A DNA stretch of 64,000 nucleotides from Octopus bimaculoides (lineage: Eukaryota): NCBI RefSeq assembly GCF_001194135.2, contig NC_068992.1:65515133-65579132 (forward strand). The letters are read 5' to 3'. The translations under genes and the position numbers were made by a program. The number at the start of each line of letters is the position of its first letter. The first letter of the stretch is position 1. The notes under the pieces are model-generated. The model ran no database searches and was not told where the DNA came from. It worked only from the letters and a program-made list of their open reading frames with translations. Shown here one piece after another: positions 1-12,375 of this stretch.

Positions 1-1561
1 AATAATAACTGCGGAAGTACCAACTAAAACAGAATCCTATATCTGAGCCGCCAAAGCACATTATTCCAAGAAATATATTTAAGTGCGCGTTTAGCATTTG
101 ACTGAAAGAATTTATAAGCCATTTGTTTATATTATTTAACTTTGTATTTATAGTTGCACCATTGCATCACGAAAATCAATTGATTAAATAACATCCATAT
201 TTACAAAAAACGTTGAATTTGGTATCCGCGCTGATTGTAACTAATTTTCAAAATAACATGCCCGAACCAGATTTTCTATTAAATAGATTGCACAACGCTT
301 CTTGTTTTGGACTACATTGCTTTCCATAATGTATTTCTAACTACATTTTTTTCATCTCACAACTAAACTCAATTATATTTAGTTCTAAGTGCCTTCACCA
401 GCAACTTGTTTTTTTATCTATTTATTCTTTTTCTATCTCTCCTATCTCTTCTATTATATAATTTCTCTCTGTTTCCATTTACGTTCCCAGCTCACCACTT
501 CCTGTTTCCGACTACTGATGAATCTTTAAGTTTCCAGATCAGCTTGTGAGCACACGTATCCTTCTCCTCTCCGGCATTTGCTTACAAAACATCGTCCAAC
601 TATTCTACATATATATCTACTACGATGCGGTACTTCAGACTCGATTACTATGCCTTGTTTTGTTGTGCATTTTATTTTCCTCATATGTTATTGATATCAC
701 ATTCATAAAAGCAAAAGACATTTATGATTTCCAACGCTTTTATCTCTTTTTTTCTCTCTCCTGTTAATATTCTTTGTTTCATTTGCCCCGCTCGCTAACA
801 CAGAACTATAAGCTCCTCTTGGTTTGGGTTCCCATTTTAATTACCTAAAAACCAACTCCAATAAACACAGACAAGTATGCACACACACACGTAAGTGTGT
901 GTGTCTGTGTGTATGTGTGTGTATATGTGTATGTGTGTGTGTGTGTGTGTGTGTGCATACATGTCTTTATCATTTACTTGTTGCAATCATTGGACAACAT
1001 ATACAAGAGATACTTTCATTTATCGTAATCATCATCATCCTTTTTTTGTGTTCGTTTATTAGAAATGCCTTCAGAACGCCAGGTATATATCATTCAAAGC
1101 AAAAATTCGAACTGCAATAATAATTTATAAACATTATTAAAGTTCCGCCCACAATAAAAAAAAAAGTTGTTAAAGATAAAGCATTAAGATAAAATTGATG
1201 CATTTCTTTTGTGTTTATGTTGTTAAATAGTAATTACTGTGCTCAAACATATAATTACCATATCACAGATTAATGAGGATTTTCTATTTTCATCAATCCA
1301 ATCTTATCTACTTAAGTATATTCTAAATTAACGACGTTTTAATCTAATGCTATTCTGCAGGCGCAAGTAAACCTCTGGAAAAATGGAGAACGTTCCGTAT
1401 TTGAAGGGAAAATACGAATTGCTGCTATTTTACGCACTCCATGGATGCGACCAAGATCCTTGTAGGGAATTGGTTGTGCAAAAATGTGGTGCAGTTTATA
1501 TGAAGCAGTGGGAGAATCCCATGTTACTGGTATTGAATTAGCATGTAGAAAATAACGTTTA

Positions 1562-1803
1562 GGGCGCGTGGCTTACAGGCGTAAGGTCGTACGTTCGATA
1601 CGCAGCGGTGCACGGTGTACTGAGCAACACACTTTATTTCACTCCAGTCTACTCATGCGGCAAAAATTACTGGTATCTGTAATTCACACTGAATCTCTTT
1701 GAGAAATACGTCAAGGGTTCGTGTGTCTGTGGAGTTCTCAGTCACTTACACGTTAATCTCACGAGCAAGCTGTTCCATTGATCAGATCAACTGGTGCACT
1801 CAT
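1562..1803 (+). mobile_element. Degenerate tRNA-derived SINE (mosaic)
   Basis: The 3' half (about 1685-1795, gaatctc...gtgtctgtggagttctcagtcacttacacgttaatctcacgagcaagctgttccattgatcagatcaactgg) aligns by eye with the SINE bodies at 59515-59630 and 63010-63130. The middle (ctccagtctactca) resembles the SINE at 31804. Confidence 0.7.
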
Positions 1804-4739
1804 TTTTTTTTGTTGTTTTTTTTTACTATAATTGAGCCAACGCTGCAGTTATTCCGTCTCTGTGCTTTAAAGACATGCAACTCGACATTCATAGTCAACA
1901 TCGTTAATGCATCTGCTATGAAGCCATGAACTGGTTAATAGATATATTCCAGTGTTAAGTCATATGTCGAAGTTGTTATATAAACTAATCCGGAGTGAAC
2001 GCATTGCTGTATGTTATTGAATTAGTTTCTGTTTCTAAGTACTCTAGTATTGATTTGCTTATAATTAAATTGATAAACCTCTGATGGGTACGATACGAAC
2101 GCTACTTTACGTCTGCCTGGTAGCATCACATTTGTCGATTGATCTAATGATTGTTACAGAGTACTTGCTTGTTAGTTATCCAACTTAGAAATTTATATCG
2201 TAGTATAGTGTCAGAGAAGGAATCAGAACGTTCTAACACGATATTAGGGATGGATACCTTGAACGTTACTCACCCGTTCGAGCGGTTTTCGCTGGTTTTG
2301 GAAAATGTAGTGCTTTAAGATTCAGTAAAAAAAAAAAAAATTAAATAAATAATTGTCTGTTAATGAAAAAAACTATGTGACTTACGAGAGCTAACGAGTA
2401 GGTTCAACGTGGTCGCTTGACCTGCTAGAAATAGCGGTCGAATATTCCACAAATTACACTGAACTGTCTAGAAAAATGGGAAATGTGAGTCTGAAAGAAC
2501 TTAAAGCACATATGGTAATAATACAATGTAGCAGGAAGTCACCAATTTCGGAGAAGAGAAATGGTTGACGCGGTGCTAGTTAGTCTAATGAAGAATAAGA
2601 TGAACCAAATTGGCATAACACAGATTATTCCAGGTTAAAACATCGAAGCCTAGACTGCTCAAAACGTTTAACACGTGATAACCAGCAGAAGCCAAGAAAA
2701 TAATGTTTTCTGTAATATGTATATGGTGTTATATTTAAATAAATTGTTATGCACAAAAGTAACTGAAGTTCCAGGGATGTCCCTTCATTTCAGAGGGTGG
2801 AAATTATTTTTTAGTAATATATATATATATANNNNNNNNNNNNNNNNNNNNNNNNNNNNNNNNNNNNNNNNNNNNNNNNNNNNNNNNNNNNNNNNNNNNN
2901 NNNNNNNNNNNNNNNNNNNNNNNNNNNNNNNNNNNNNNNNNNNNNNNNNNNNNNNNNNNNNNNNNNNNNNNNNNNNNNNNNNNNNNNNNNNNNNNNNNNN
3001 NNNNNNNNNNNNNNNNNNNNNNNNNNNNNNNNNNNNNNNNNNNNNNNNNNNNNNNNNNNNNNNNNNNNNNNNNNNNNNNNNNNNNNNNNNNNNNNNNNNN
3101 NNNNNNNNNNNNNNNNNNNNNNNNNNNNNNNNNNNNNNNNNNNNNNNNNNNNNNNNNNNNNNNNNNNNNNNNNNNNNNNNNNNNNNNNNNNNNNNNNNNN
3201 NNNNNNNNNNNNNNNNNNNNNNNNNNNNNNNNNNNNNNNNNNNNNNNNNNNNNNNNNNNNNNNNNNNNNNNNNNNNNNNNNNNNNNNNNNNNNNNNNNNN
3301 NNNNNNNNNNNNNNNNNNNNNNNNNNNNNNNNNNNNNNNNNNNNNNNNNNNNNNNNNNNNNNNNNNNNNNNNNNNNNNNNNNNNNNNNNNNNNNNNNNNN
3401 NNNNNNNNNNNNNNNNNNNNNNNNNNNNNNNNNNNNNNNNNNNNNNNNNNNNNNNNNNNNNNNNNNNNNNNNNNNNNNNNNNNNNNNNNNNNNNNNNNNN
3501 NNNNNNNNNNNATATATATGTATATGCATACTTGTTTGTGCACATTTATGTAAGATTTAGATTAAATCTTGACGCAAATTAACCTCGGTATATCTCTGCT
3601 TCCTTACTCATACAATTACATACACAGACACCACACGCAAAATGCGTGTATGTACATATAATCATTAGATCGACTAAACTATAACTCAAGAGACTTCTCG
3701 ATGCATTATAGATGTTGAGTCAATAAACCATTTAGTAACCAGATGATTTTCTGCAATAGTACACTTGTTTCAATTAATTACCCACATTAGCCATTCCACA
3801 GAACGGAACGGTTGGACATATGATGGCCTTCTCGTGTCCGTTGGCCATTTCATCTTCGTGCTTTATTACGACAAGGAGATAAATCTGGTCGTTTGAAAAA
3901 GCAGCCAATACACTTTCAAATCAGACTGTAATATAAATGTACATATTAAAGATTGTTGTATATCAGTTTGGTTTTCAATAGAATAGTATTGATCATAGAT
4001 GGACCTGATCAGGGATAGCGAAAGGGTAAACAACAACATGAATGCGGTGACAGTATCCGAGTGACTTTATCTAAACTTTTGTGGCATTGTCTTCTTTGTG
4101 TATCAAAGCAGAAACAATTCCTTTATTTAATGTTTTAAACCATCTCATGTTTATTCAGATACGAATCTGTAATAATAATAATAATAATGCCAATAGCTCT
4201 GATCATGTCAATGTACAGTTGTGTATCTGTCTAAATCGCGTTATTTGTTTTCAAACCAAACACAGGACCGTGACATTAAGTAGTAGTCCTCAGGGCCAAG
4301 AGTATTGCGGTTCGTTCTTAATATCCATATCTGTATATACCAATATATCCAAAACAATATTTGTGTCTCTATATTCTACAAATTCTCCAATGTTCTCTGC
4401 GAATATATCTCTTCAAAGAAATACTTTGGTGGTCGACATATTTCAAAGTAGATTAAATTAGTTACCTGCAGATATCAAATATACTAACGTAGATTGAATG
4501 TGAATATGTCGCTGATACAGAACATAATGGCTATTGCTTCATCCTATTCAAGTTAGAAACTAAAGTCGAAAGAACAAATTCCTGTCGATTCGTAAAATCA
4601 CTAAAACTTCTAAAACCATTCTTTGTGGTATTGAACTAAAACTTTTTATTTAATTTGTTGCTTTTTGTCAATTTAATTTTTAGACATTGAATTCAAATCC
4701 CACCGAGATCAAGTCTGTCTTTTACCACTTCAAAAGGCA

Positions 4740-4940
4740 ACAAACTGGAAAAAATTGTTAACTCCTAAGACGAAAGTGCTTCCTAGAATTTTTTCCGGCC
4801 CTTTGCGTTGTAAGTTCAAATTCCGCTGTGGTCGTCTTTCCCTTTCATCAATGAAATATGAACCAGTTGAACACTGGGTCGATATAATCGTATTATCCTC
4901 TCTTCGAAATTGCTGGCCTTGTGCCTAAATATGAATCCTT
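4740..4940 (+). mobile_element. tRNA-derived SINE, family M (Meta/MESC-like core), degenerate
   Basis: B-box gttcaaattcc, core ctttccctttcatc...aaccagttgaacactgggtcgatataatcg, and end ggccttgtgcct followed by (ATT)n. Matches the cleaner copies at 49904 and 54913. The Meta/MESC label is from recall. Confidence 0.85.
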
Positions 4941-4966
4941 TATTATTATTATTATCATCATCATCA

Positions 4967-5009
<43 letters not shown>

Positions 5010-5011
5010 CA

Positions 5012-5060
<49 letters not shown>

Positions 5061-5071
5061 CATCATCATCA

Positions 5072-5143
<72 letters not shown>

Positions 5144-5149
5144 ATCATT
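4941..5149. repeat. Compound (ATT)n/(ATC)n microsatellite
   Basis: Directly visible. It lies between a SINE tail and a LINE tail. Confidence 0.98.
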
Positions 5150-5339
5150 GCTTTTGCACAGCTTCTAACGCTGGAGGTGCACTACAGTGTCAGCTGTTCA
5201 CTACCAGTGAACTAAGGTAACACCCCTTATTTTTTGAGCACCATCCGGTGTATTCGAGCGGTTCCAAGCAGTGCTGTTTTCTGCAAGTGCCCCACCCTTA
5301 TTGTAGCCCCTATTTGTTCCATTAACTTCTCCAGATATC
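5150..5339 (-). mobile_element. R4/Dong-clade LINE 3' end (family A), 5'-truncated
   Basis: Minus-strand translation YLEKLMEQIGATIRVGHLQKTALLGTARIHRMVLKK* is the typical C-terminus of the R4/Dong restriction-like endonuclease (RLE) domain. It is followed by a 3' UTR shared with 13285-13420 and an (AAT)n tail. Confidence 0.85.
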
Positions 5340-5949
5340 ATTATTATTATCATTATTATCATCATTGTTTCATACGATTTATGCCAGTTTATCCATGGCT
5401 TCTATGTATGCAGAAACCTAAGTCTTCTAAAAGCGTACAAATATGTTTTTATACGGCAACGGCATCGGTTTTACTTAACTGTGGACCTTTTGTGTTGTGG
5501 TGGCAGCGTCGTGTATGTTGCGCAATGATTGCATAACGTGACTTATCTTAGTTTTGGAGGGTGGCCGGTCCATTAGCATTCTTGCTTCATGTGTGTGCTC
5601 TCTCATTCATATTATGTGTTTTCGTGTCAGCTCATGATTATGTGAAGCATATCCTGTGTGAATTCCATGAGATTTTATTATAACATCGGCTTATGTAAGA
5701 GTATTATTGTGGTCTCTAACTGGTTGGCCATTCCGTGGAATGTCAGTGTTTTGCAGTTGTATAGAGCGAAGTCACGTGCTCCATACAGTATCCACGTGGT
5801 ATTTCTTTTTGGTGGTTATTGTACAAAGCGTTTCGTTCTCGCACGGAGCGTACTGTCTCCTGAGCTGTGCTTTCAAATTGAAAATGTCACGTTTATTTTG
5901 TGACGTTGAACCAAGAAAGGTTATAATTTGGACTGAGCGTAAAATAAAG

Positions 5950-6262
5950 AACCCCAGTATGGTTTCCTAGGCTTATATTTGTACGTCTTATTATATCTGA
6001 TGTTCCTATTATTAAAGACATTTTTGTTTTGCACTTCATTATACCAGAATTCTGCTTCTTTCAATTTCCAATTGCAACTTCTTTGACAGTTCTTTTAAAC
6101 TTCTCAGTTGCAATCGTTTCAATGTCGAAATATTTCTGTCCATAAATAATGTTTCGTTTCAGTCCATTACAATTTCCAGGAAAGACTGCCTTAATCTTCT
6201 TGTCAGTCCGGACAGGCATATCCGAGATGATCTTGGCCGTGTTTAATGCATTTCTCATCAGT
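5950..6262 (-). mobile_element. Highly degenerate R4/Dong-like RLE fragment
   Basis: Frameshifted pieces AKIISDMPVRTDKKIKA, KELSKKLQLEIER and KTKMSLIIGTSDII match the order of the ILWDxPIxTD..ANRPD / KYKDLEIE / IIGALG motifs seen intact at 11734-12009. Confidence 0.6.
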
Positions 6263-6296
6263 TTTATCATCATCATGATCCTCATCATCATCACCA

Positions 6297-6345
<49 letters not shown>

Positions 6346-6435
6346 CATCATCATCAGTAGTAGTAATAGTAGTAGTAGTAGTAGTAAGCGAAATATATAG
6401 CAGTAATAACGTCTGTATATATCTGTATATATGTA

Positions 6436-6518
<83 letters not shown>

Positions 6519-6525
6519 ATATGTG
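6263..6525. repeat. (ATC)n(ATT)n(AGT)n tract followed by (GT)n
   Basis: Directly visible. Confidence 0.97.
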
Positions 6526-7084
6526 TATAGAGTGTTAGGTCTGATGTACATATATGTGTGCAGACAGGGAGGAAGAAGGATCGATGAATAAAAGCTTATG
6601 TAGGTAGGTACGTAGGTTATTTTAGAAGTATTTTCATTAGAAATGTCTCCCTTACTACAACTTCTACAAAAGAGAAACTGCTACTAATAAAACTATAGCT
6701 AAAACTACTACTCTTTACTCGTCCTGCCCCCGACCTTCCTCCACCTCCCTCACTTTCTCTAACTACTACTACTGCTGCTACTCTTACGACTACTACTACT
6801 ACCACCACAGGTACTACGACCATTACTATTATGTATAACCGCGTGTGTCTGCGCCAGTTTGGATGAGCCAAACTGGATCATCGTGTAGAGAGACAGAGTA
6901 AAACAGATTTAATCCTATTATACTATAGTTATGAATTAACATGCTTACAAGTGTGTGGAGTCAGTGAAGAATCAGATTGTATGATTTGTGAGCTTAAAAA
7001 AGAAACTTTCCGATATATACATACATATATATAGACATATATATATATCACTTTTTCTCACTCATGCGCTCGCTTGCCTATGCA

Positions 7085-7115
7085 TAATATAGATATATAT
7101 CTATATCTATATATA

Positions 7116-7167
<52 letters not shown>

Positions 7168-7364
7168 TATATGTGTGTGTGTGTATATATATATATTTAT
7201 ATATATATGTATGTAAATATAAGAATATAGGAGTGTGTGGGGAGTGTACAATTAAAGAAGTGTAGTACAGATATCAATGGAAACTCATCGATGTCAATAA
7301 GAATATACGTAAACAAAAACTGGTTTGGAGCTCCAGCACCAAACTTAAGATACAAATGCAGGAA

Positions 7365-7452
<88 letters not shown>

Positions 7453-7495
7453 AAATATATGTATTTATATTTATATGTGTGTGTGTGTGTGTGTA

Positions 7496-7551
<56 letters not shown>

Positions 7552-7590
7552 AGTATGTATATTTGTAAATATATGTATTTTTATATATAT
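7085..7590. repeat. Two clusters of (AT)n/(AC)n/(GT)n
   Basis: Directly visible. Confidence 0.95.
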
Positions 7591-8165
7591 AAGATGGTGA
7601 AAGATTCCCATTTCTAGTGCTTCTATTTAAAAACACTCTATCTTGGTTCTGGTTATGCATTATATCCTTGTTGTTCTTAAGGCACTACGATATGATGTAC
7701 AGGATAATTAATAGCTATTCCTCAGGGATCACCTTTCTATATCATATTTCATTAATTATTTCTTTATTACTATGATCTTGTCTTCGACGTCGCCTAGAAC
7801 CATATCTAAAATACATCCCATAATTTTTACAGCTTTTTTGCACAAGTTTATATATTGTGGATTGGAAACACCTGTGTTGAGTGCAGCCTAAATGCCAGAT
7901 ATGAAATACTCCAGTCTACGAACCACTATTTATTTATTTATTTATTTATTTATTTATTTTCGCACAATTCTAAACACAACAGCGTCCTGAAATTATATTT
8001 TATCCCACGAGAATAACTCTTTTTCCGTGAAGAACAGAGTTTCTTATCTCTACAGAAATTAACATCTGCTTCCTAAGGATAGATATTTCAGTAGACATGG
8101 AAATCTTAATAAAAACTATCTCAAAGGAAAAGAGCAGCATACACACCATTGGTGCACAAAAGTTA

Positions 8166-8223
<58 letters not shown>

Positions 8224-9059
8224 ATGTGTAACGAAATAGTTAATATGAACCATTGGTTTCATGTGAACTAGACATTTCTTAAGTTTTTCTAAACGATAAC
8301 CGTTCTCTGCAAAGATGTTTTTTTAAATACCAGAACGCTGGTCACAGTTCAAGAAATATTCCTCTTAAAAAATTATGGTCGAGCGAGTTGTCTTCCTTCG
8401 ATATATATATATGTATACACACACATACTCATATGCGTATGTGTGTATATATATTTGTGTATGTAAAATGGCTGAAATGTCAATAGATGTTGAGGGAATA
8501 TTTAACGCAAAATCAAAGATTTAAAGAGAGAAATGCCCCAAGGTGTCACGTACGAAGTAAAAACTCAGTTTTAGTTTTGCATGTATAAATGCATAAAGTT
8601 AATAGCAAAGTACTGTAAGCTGGAAACTAAACCAAACGCCTCTCATACATTCTAATAACAAGAATACATTCTGTTTCCATTGAGAATGACAATTATTGCA
8701 TCTTTTAATATATGTACCATTAGTACGTTCTACAACTTAATTTAAATTGAAAAATATAATCAGAGAATTGGACGTGATCCCCAAAATATTCAGAGTATGT
8801 TAATACAAAAAATAATTTAAAGATAAATAATCAGGAATTCTACAAGATAACTGCATGTTTGCAGCTTGGAAATGTGAGGCGGGTAATTGGGGGGAAAAAT
8901 TGTTGGAAACTATTCTAGAATAATTGAAGAAAAGATATTCTGCAGTTGTAAACATGATGTTCGTAAATCTATAACGAGATCTCAAAGATTAAACAGACAC
9001 GAGATATTTACTGCAAAAGGGTTCTTTTGATAGAAACTGAAATGAGGAGGTGACTGTTG

Positions 9060-9098
9060 TGCATATATAAATATGTGTGTGTGTGTGTGTGTAAATGA

Positions 9099-9131
<33 letters not shown>

Positions 9132-9231
9132 TATATGTATGTATTATTAACTAGTGGAAACAACATAAACGACATGAAGAGCAACAATAACGGAGAACAC
9201 AATAGTGGGGACTTAGTTAACGAGCAGGGAG

Positions 9232-9283
<52 letters not shown>

Positions 9284-9470
9284 GAGCGTCAACAACAAAA
9301 TATTTAAAACTATAAGAGAGAGAGGTATGTATTCTTGTCTTGTTGCTGCTAAAATACAAAACAAAAACCAACATTGAACACCATCCCTTAACAATTAACA
9401 CGTATAGTCATTTCAAATTACATATGTGTGTGCATACGTGTGTGTTTGTTTGTATATTGATATGTTTATG

Positions 9471-9543
<73 letters not shown>

Positions 9544-9604
9544 GATTGTGTGTGCGTATATATATTATATATATATATATATGCGCACGCGCGTGTATCA
9601 GAAC

Positions 9605-9643
<39 letters not shown>

Positions 9644-9810
9644 GCCAATATTCTGAGATAAACCCAAAAAGATGGTGAATCAGCCTAAAACAAATAAGAG
9701 TTCAAAAAACGGAACAATGATTTACAAAAAGACGAAATATGCAAGAGAGAGAGGGAGAGAGAGAGAGAGGGGGGGAGATAGAGATAGAGAGAGATAGAGA
9801 GAGGAAGGGA
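9060..9810. repeat. Cluster of (GT)n, (ATGT)n, (AAT)n, (AT)n, (AG)n and (AGAT)n
   Basis: Directly visible. Confidence 0.95.
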
Positions 9811-10402
9811 GAGCGGATGAAGGAAAGGGATTAATCGTGAAGAGAAAAAGAATCTGAATGTAATTCAAATCGAACGTGAGAATGAGTGCAAAGAGGAGGA
9901 ACCAGAGAGATAAAAACGTGTTTAATGAAAAGAATGTAAATCTATGTCTATAGAAATAAAATGGTTTGTCACAGAACGAAGGATTTTCCTAGTTTTGAGA
10001 ATAAGACGTAATAATTGCGTTTATTGATTAACGTATATTTTTTTCAATCTTCAGTTTGCGTTTTTGCTGTATCTTTTAGTGTGTATTTGCTAAAACAGAA
10101 GTTGCATGTCAGAATAACCTGTACAAAGGTATCATGCCTAAACCAGATTACTACTCACTCCTCTGCTGTGTCTAGTGATTGTCGTTTTCTGCCTCCTGCG
10201 ATACTTTGTGTGGGAGATGTTCTTGTTGAAACAACGATGCCTAACTTATGAAAATTTGCAATTCTGTATTCAGATTTGACATTTAAAGGGAAAAATCGAA
10301 AAAGATGAAATATTACTGCCTACGTCGTAAAATAGAGATAACAAAATATTCAAATATTCCTGTTGACAAAATACATTAATTAAAATCGTTATATTTTATA
10401 TG

Positions 10403-10528
10403 CAGGGTGTCCACAAAGTCTGGGTACATGGGATTAGCACAAACTTTAAGAAATTACTATTTCATATATTTAATTGTTTATGTTATGATTTTATTTACTT
10501 CATGTACCCAGACTTTGTGGATACCCTG
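10403..10528. mobile_element. 126-bp MITE, Tc1/mariner-type
   Basis: 28-bp terminal inverted repeats, cagggtgtccacaaagtctgggtacatg and catgtacccagactttgtggataccctg, with one mismatch. The right flank is TA and the left is TG. The interior is AT-rich and non-coding. Confidence 0.85.
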
Positions 10529-11451
10529 TATATTTAGCTTAAATATGTAAGTATTCTATGATAAGATAGAAATTCTAGAACTAGTACAATAACACAAAAA
10601 TATCACCGAAATCAGTTATTGTGGGAATGGAATTAACGACAATATGGCAAATTCCGAAGATCCAACTCTGGAATGGCTAAAATATAGCTTTTTAAAATTT
10701 TTAATTATTTAACAAAAGAATTCTTACTTAGAAGGAAAATTCAGTGCCCAACTTTCAGGAATGAGTCCAAAAGCTAAATTGTCTGAAATCAGTGAACTGT
10801 TTCAAATAGATGCTACAAAGTGCAATCTATTCAGGTCACGCAAGATGGAGAACTAATTCTATTCTCTAGTTTCTGGCTACGAAATCTTTCTTTCAAAGGT
10901 TTCATCAATCAGAATCCGTGATGGAAGGTGTGGCGTAGTCTTAAGAAGGCCATACAACATAGTCGTAAAGAAAACTTCTTAACTACAAAGTCCGTACTAC
11001 AAGAAATTTGATCTTTTTAATGGCGTCTACCTAAGAGCTAATGTTATATTCCAAAATGGTATCAAATAAACTGATGGAAATTATAGAGGAAATCGCAATG
11101 CTATTATCAAAAGACGATTCTTTGTTAGTCCAATGCTCTACTTTTCCAAGATGACAATGGAATACGGGATGAAAGACAAATCTATTAATTGATCAATACA
11201 CAAATACATTTCGCCGAACATAAACGAACGAAATAAGGTCAATTCTACTCAGGTGAGTAACATTATATCTTGTTGCAGCATTTCAATACATTTCGAAGTA
11301 AATAAAACAGGTAGAATTACCGCAATAAAAAAAACAACAAATTCGTCTTGTTTAATGATTTCACAAAGTAGAACTGCTGTACTTTAAGCACGTGACGCAT
11401 ATTTGTATTTAACAAAGCTCTGTTAAGCAGAATATTGTCTGGAAAATGATT

Positions 11452-11592
11452 GTCCAGTGCCATATTGGTACTTATTTTACAGAAACCGAAAGGATGAAAG
11501 GCAAAGTCGAGCTTGACGGATTTTGAATTGAGAACGGGGCGACAGGCGAAATACCGCGAAGCATTTCGTCCAACATGCTAACGATTCTGCCT
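11452..11592 (-). mobile_element. SINE family M, 5' part
   Basis: ccgaaaggatgaaaggcaaagtcga...gaaataccgcgaagcatttcgtcc...gctaacgattctgcc is the reverse complement of the head and core of the copy at 49904. Confidence 0.85.
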
Positions 11593-11650
11593 ATATGATA
11601 ATAATAATAAAAATAAAACTACAGAATAATAATAATAATAATAATAATAA

Positions 11651-11716
<66 letters not shown>

Positions 11717-11718
11717 CA

Positions 11719-12105
11719 CTAAGAAAAAAGTGACTTCTAATCGATATATCAATACCAACCGATGCCAATATATCTCGAAAAAGAAACGGAAAAATTTCAA
11801 AATACAAAGACCTGGAAATAGAGGTAACTCGAATGTGGAGCCTAAAAACAGAAACAATTTCTATAATGATAGGTGCATTACGTATGATTAAAAATCATTC
11901 AGACAAGTAAATAACAAAAACACCAGGACTAACAAATTTATATAACATACAGAAAATAGCACTACCAGGCACTTCACACATCCTACGTAAAACACATTCA
12001 ATACAGTAACCATAAGAGCATCACAACAAACCACAGCACATACCCAAGGCACACAGAGCTGCATTCGGTAGTGCAGTGAAAGCATGTGATAAAAATAAAA
12101 CTACA

Positions 12106-12106
<1 letters not shown>
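11719..12106 (+). mobile_element. R4/Dong-clade LINE 3' end (family B) with RLE endonuclease remnant
   Basis: Positions 11734-12009 translate to LLIDISIPTDANISRKRNGKISKYKDLEIEVTRMWSLKTETISIMIGALRMIKNHSDK*ITKTPGLTNLYNIQKIALPGTSHILRKTHSIQ*. This is a PD-(D/E)xK-type RLE C-terminus with one internal stop. The 3' UTR ends aaaataaaactacag and is followed by (AAT)n. Confidence 0.92.
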
Positions 12107-12171
<65 letters not shown>

Positions 12172-12172
<1 letters not shown>

Positions 12173-12375
12173 CCTTTGTATTAAAGGCACAGGCTATGAA
12201 GTTTGGTAAGAGGGAAATAGTCGATTATATCGACCCCAGTGCTTCACTGATAATTAATTTATTGATCCCGAAAGGATGAAAGGCAAACTTGACCTCGGCG
12301 GAATTTGAACTCATAGCGCGCAGACGAACGAAATGCCGCTAAGCATTTTTGTCCGGCATGCCAATGATTTTTGCC
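12172..12375 (-). mobile_element. SINE family M, near full length
   Basis: Tail, core (gatcccgaaaggatgaaaggcaaacttgacctcggcggaatttgaac) and tRNA-like head are all present. The tail abuts (AAT)n at 12107-12171. Confidence 0.92.

Noticed and set aside
510-545. ctgatga-atct...agat, resembling a hammerhead core
   Set aside because: The required GAAA after stem II is absent.
4816-5220. Poly-N, poly-I and poly-L ORFs, and the similar YIYI, THTH, KKER and LSIY ORFs elsewhere
   Set aside because: These are direct translations of simple repeats.
6854-6876. 9-bp perfect hairpin (and a 7-bp one at 50840-50857)
   Set aside because: Too short; expected by chance in 64 kb.
10140-10280. Hydrophobic frame TRLLLTPLLCLVIVVFCLLRYFVWEM
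   Set aside because: No start codon or convincing splice sites, and stops on both sides.
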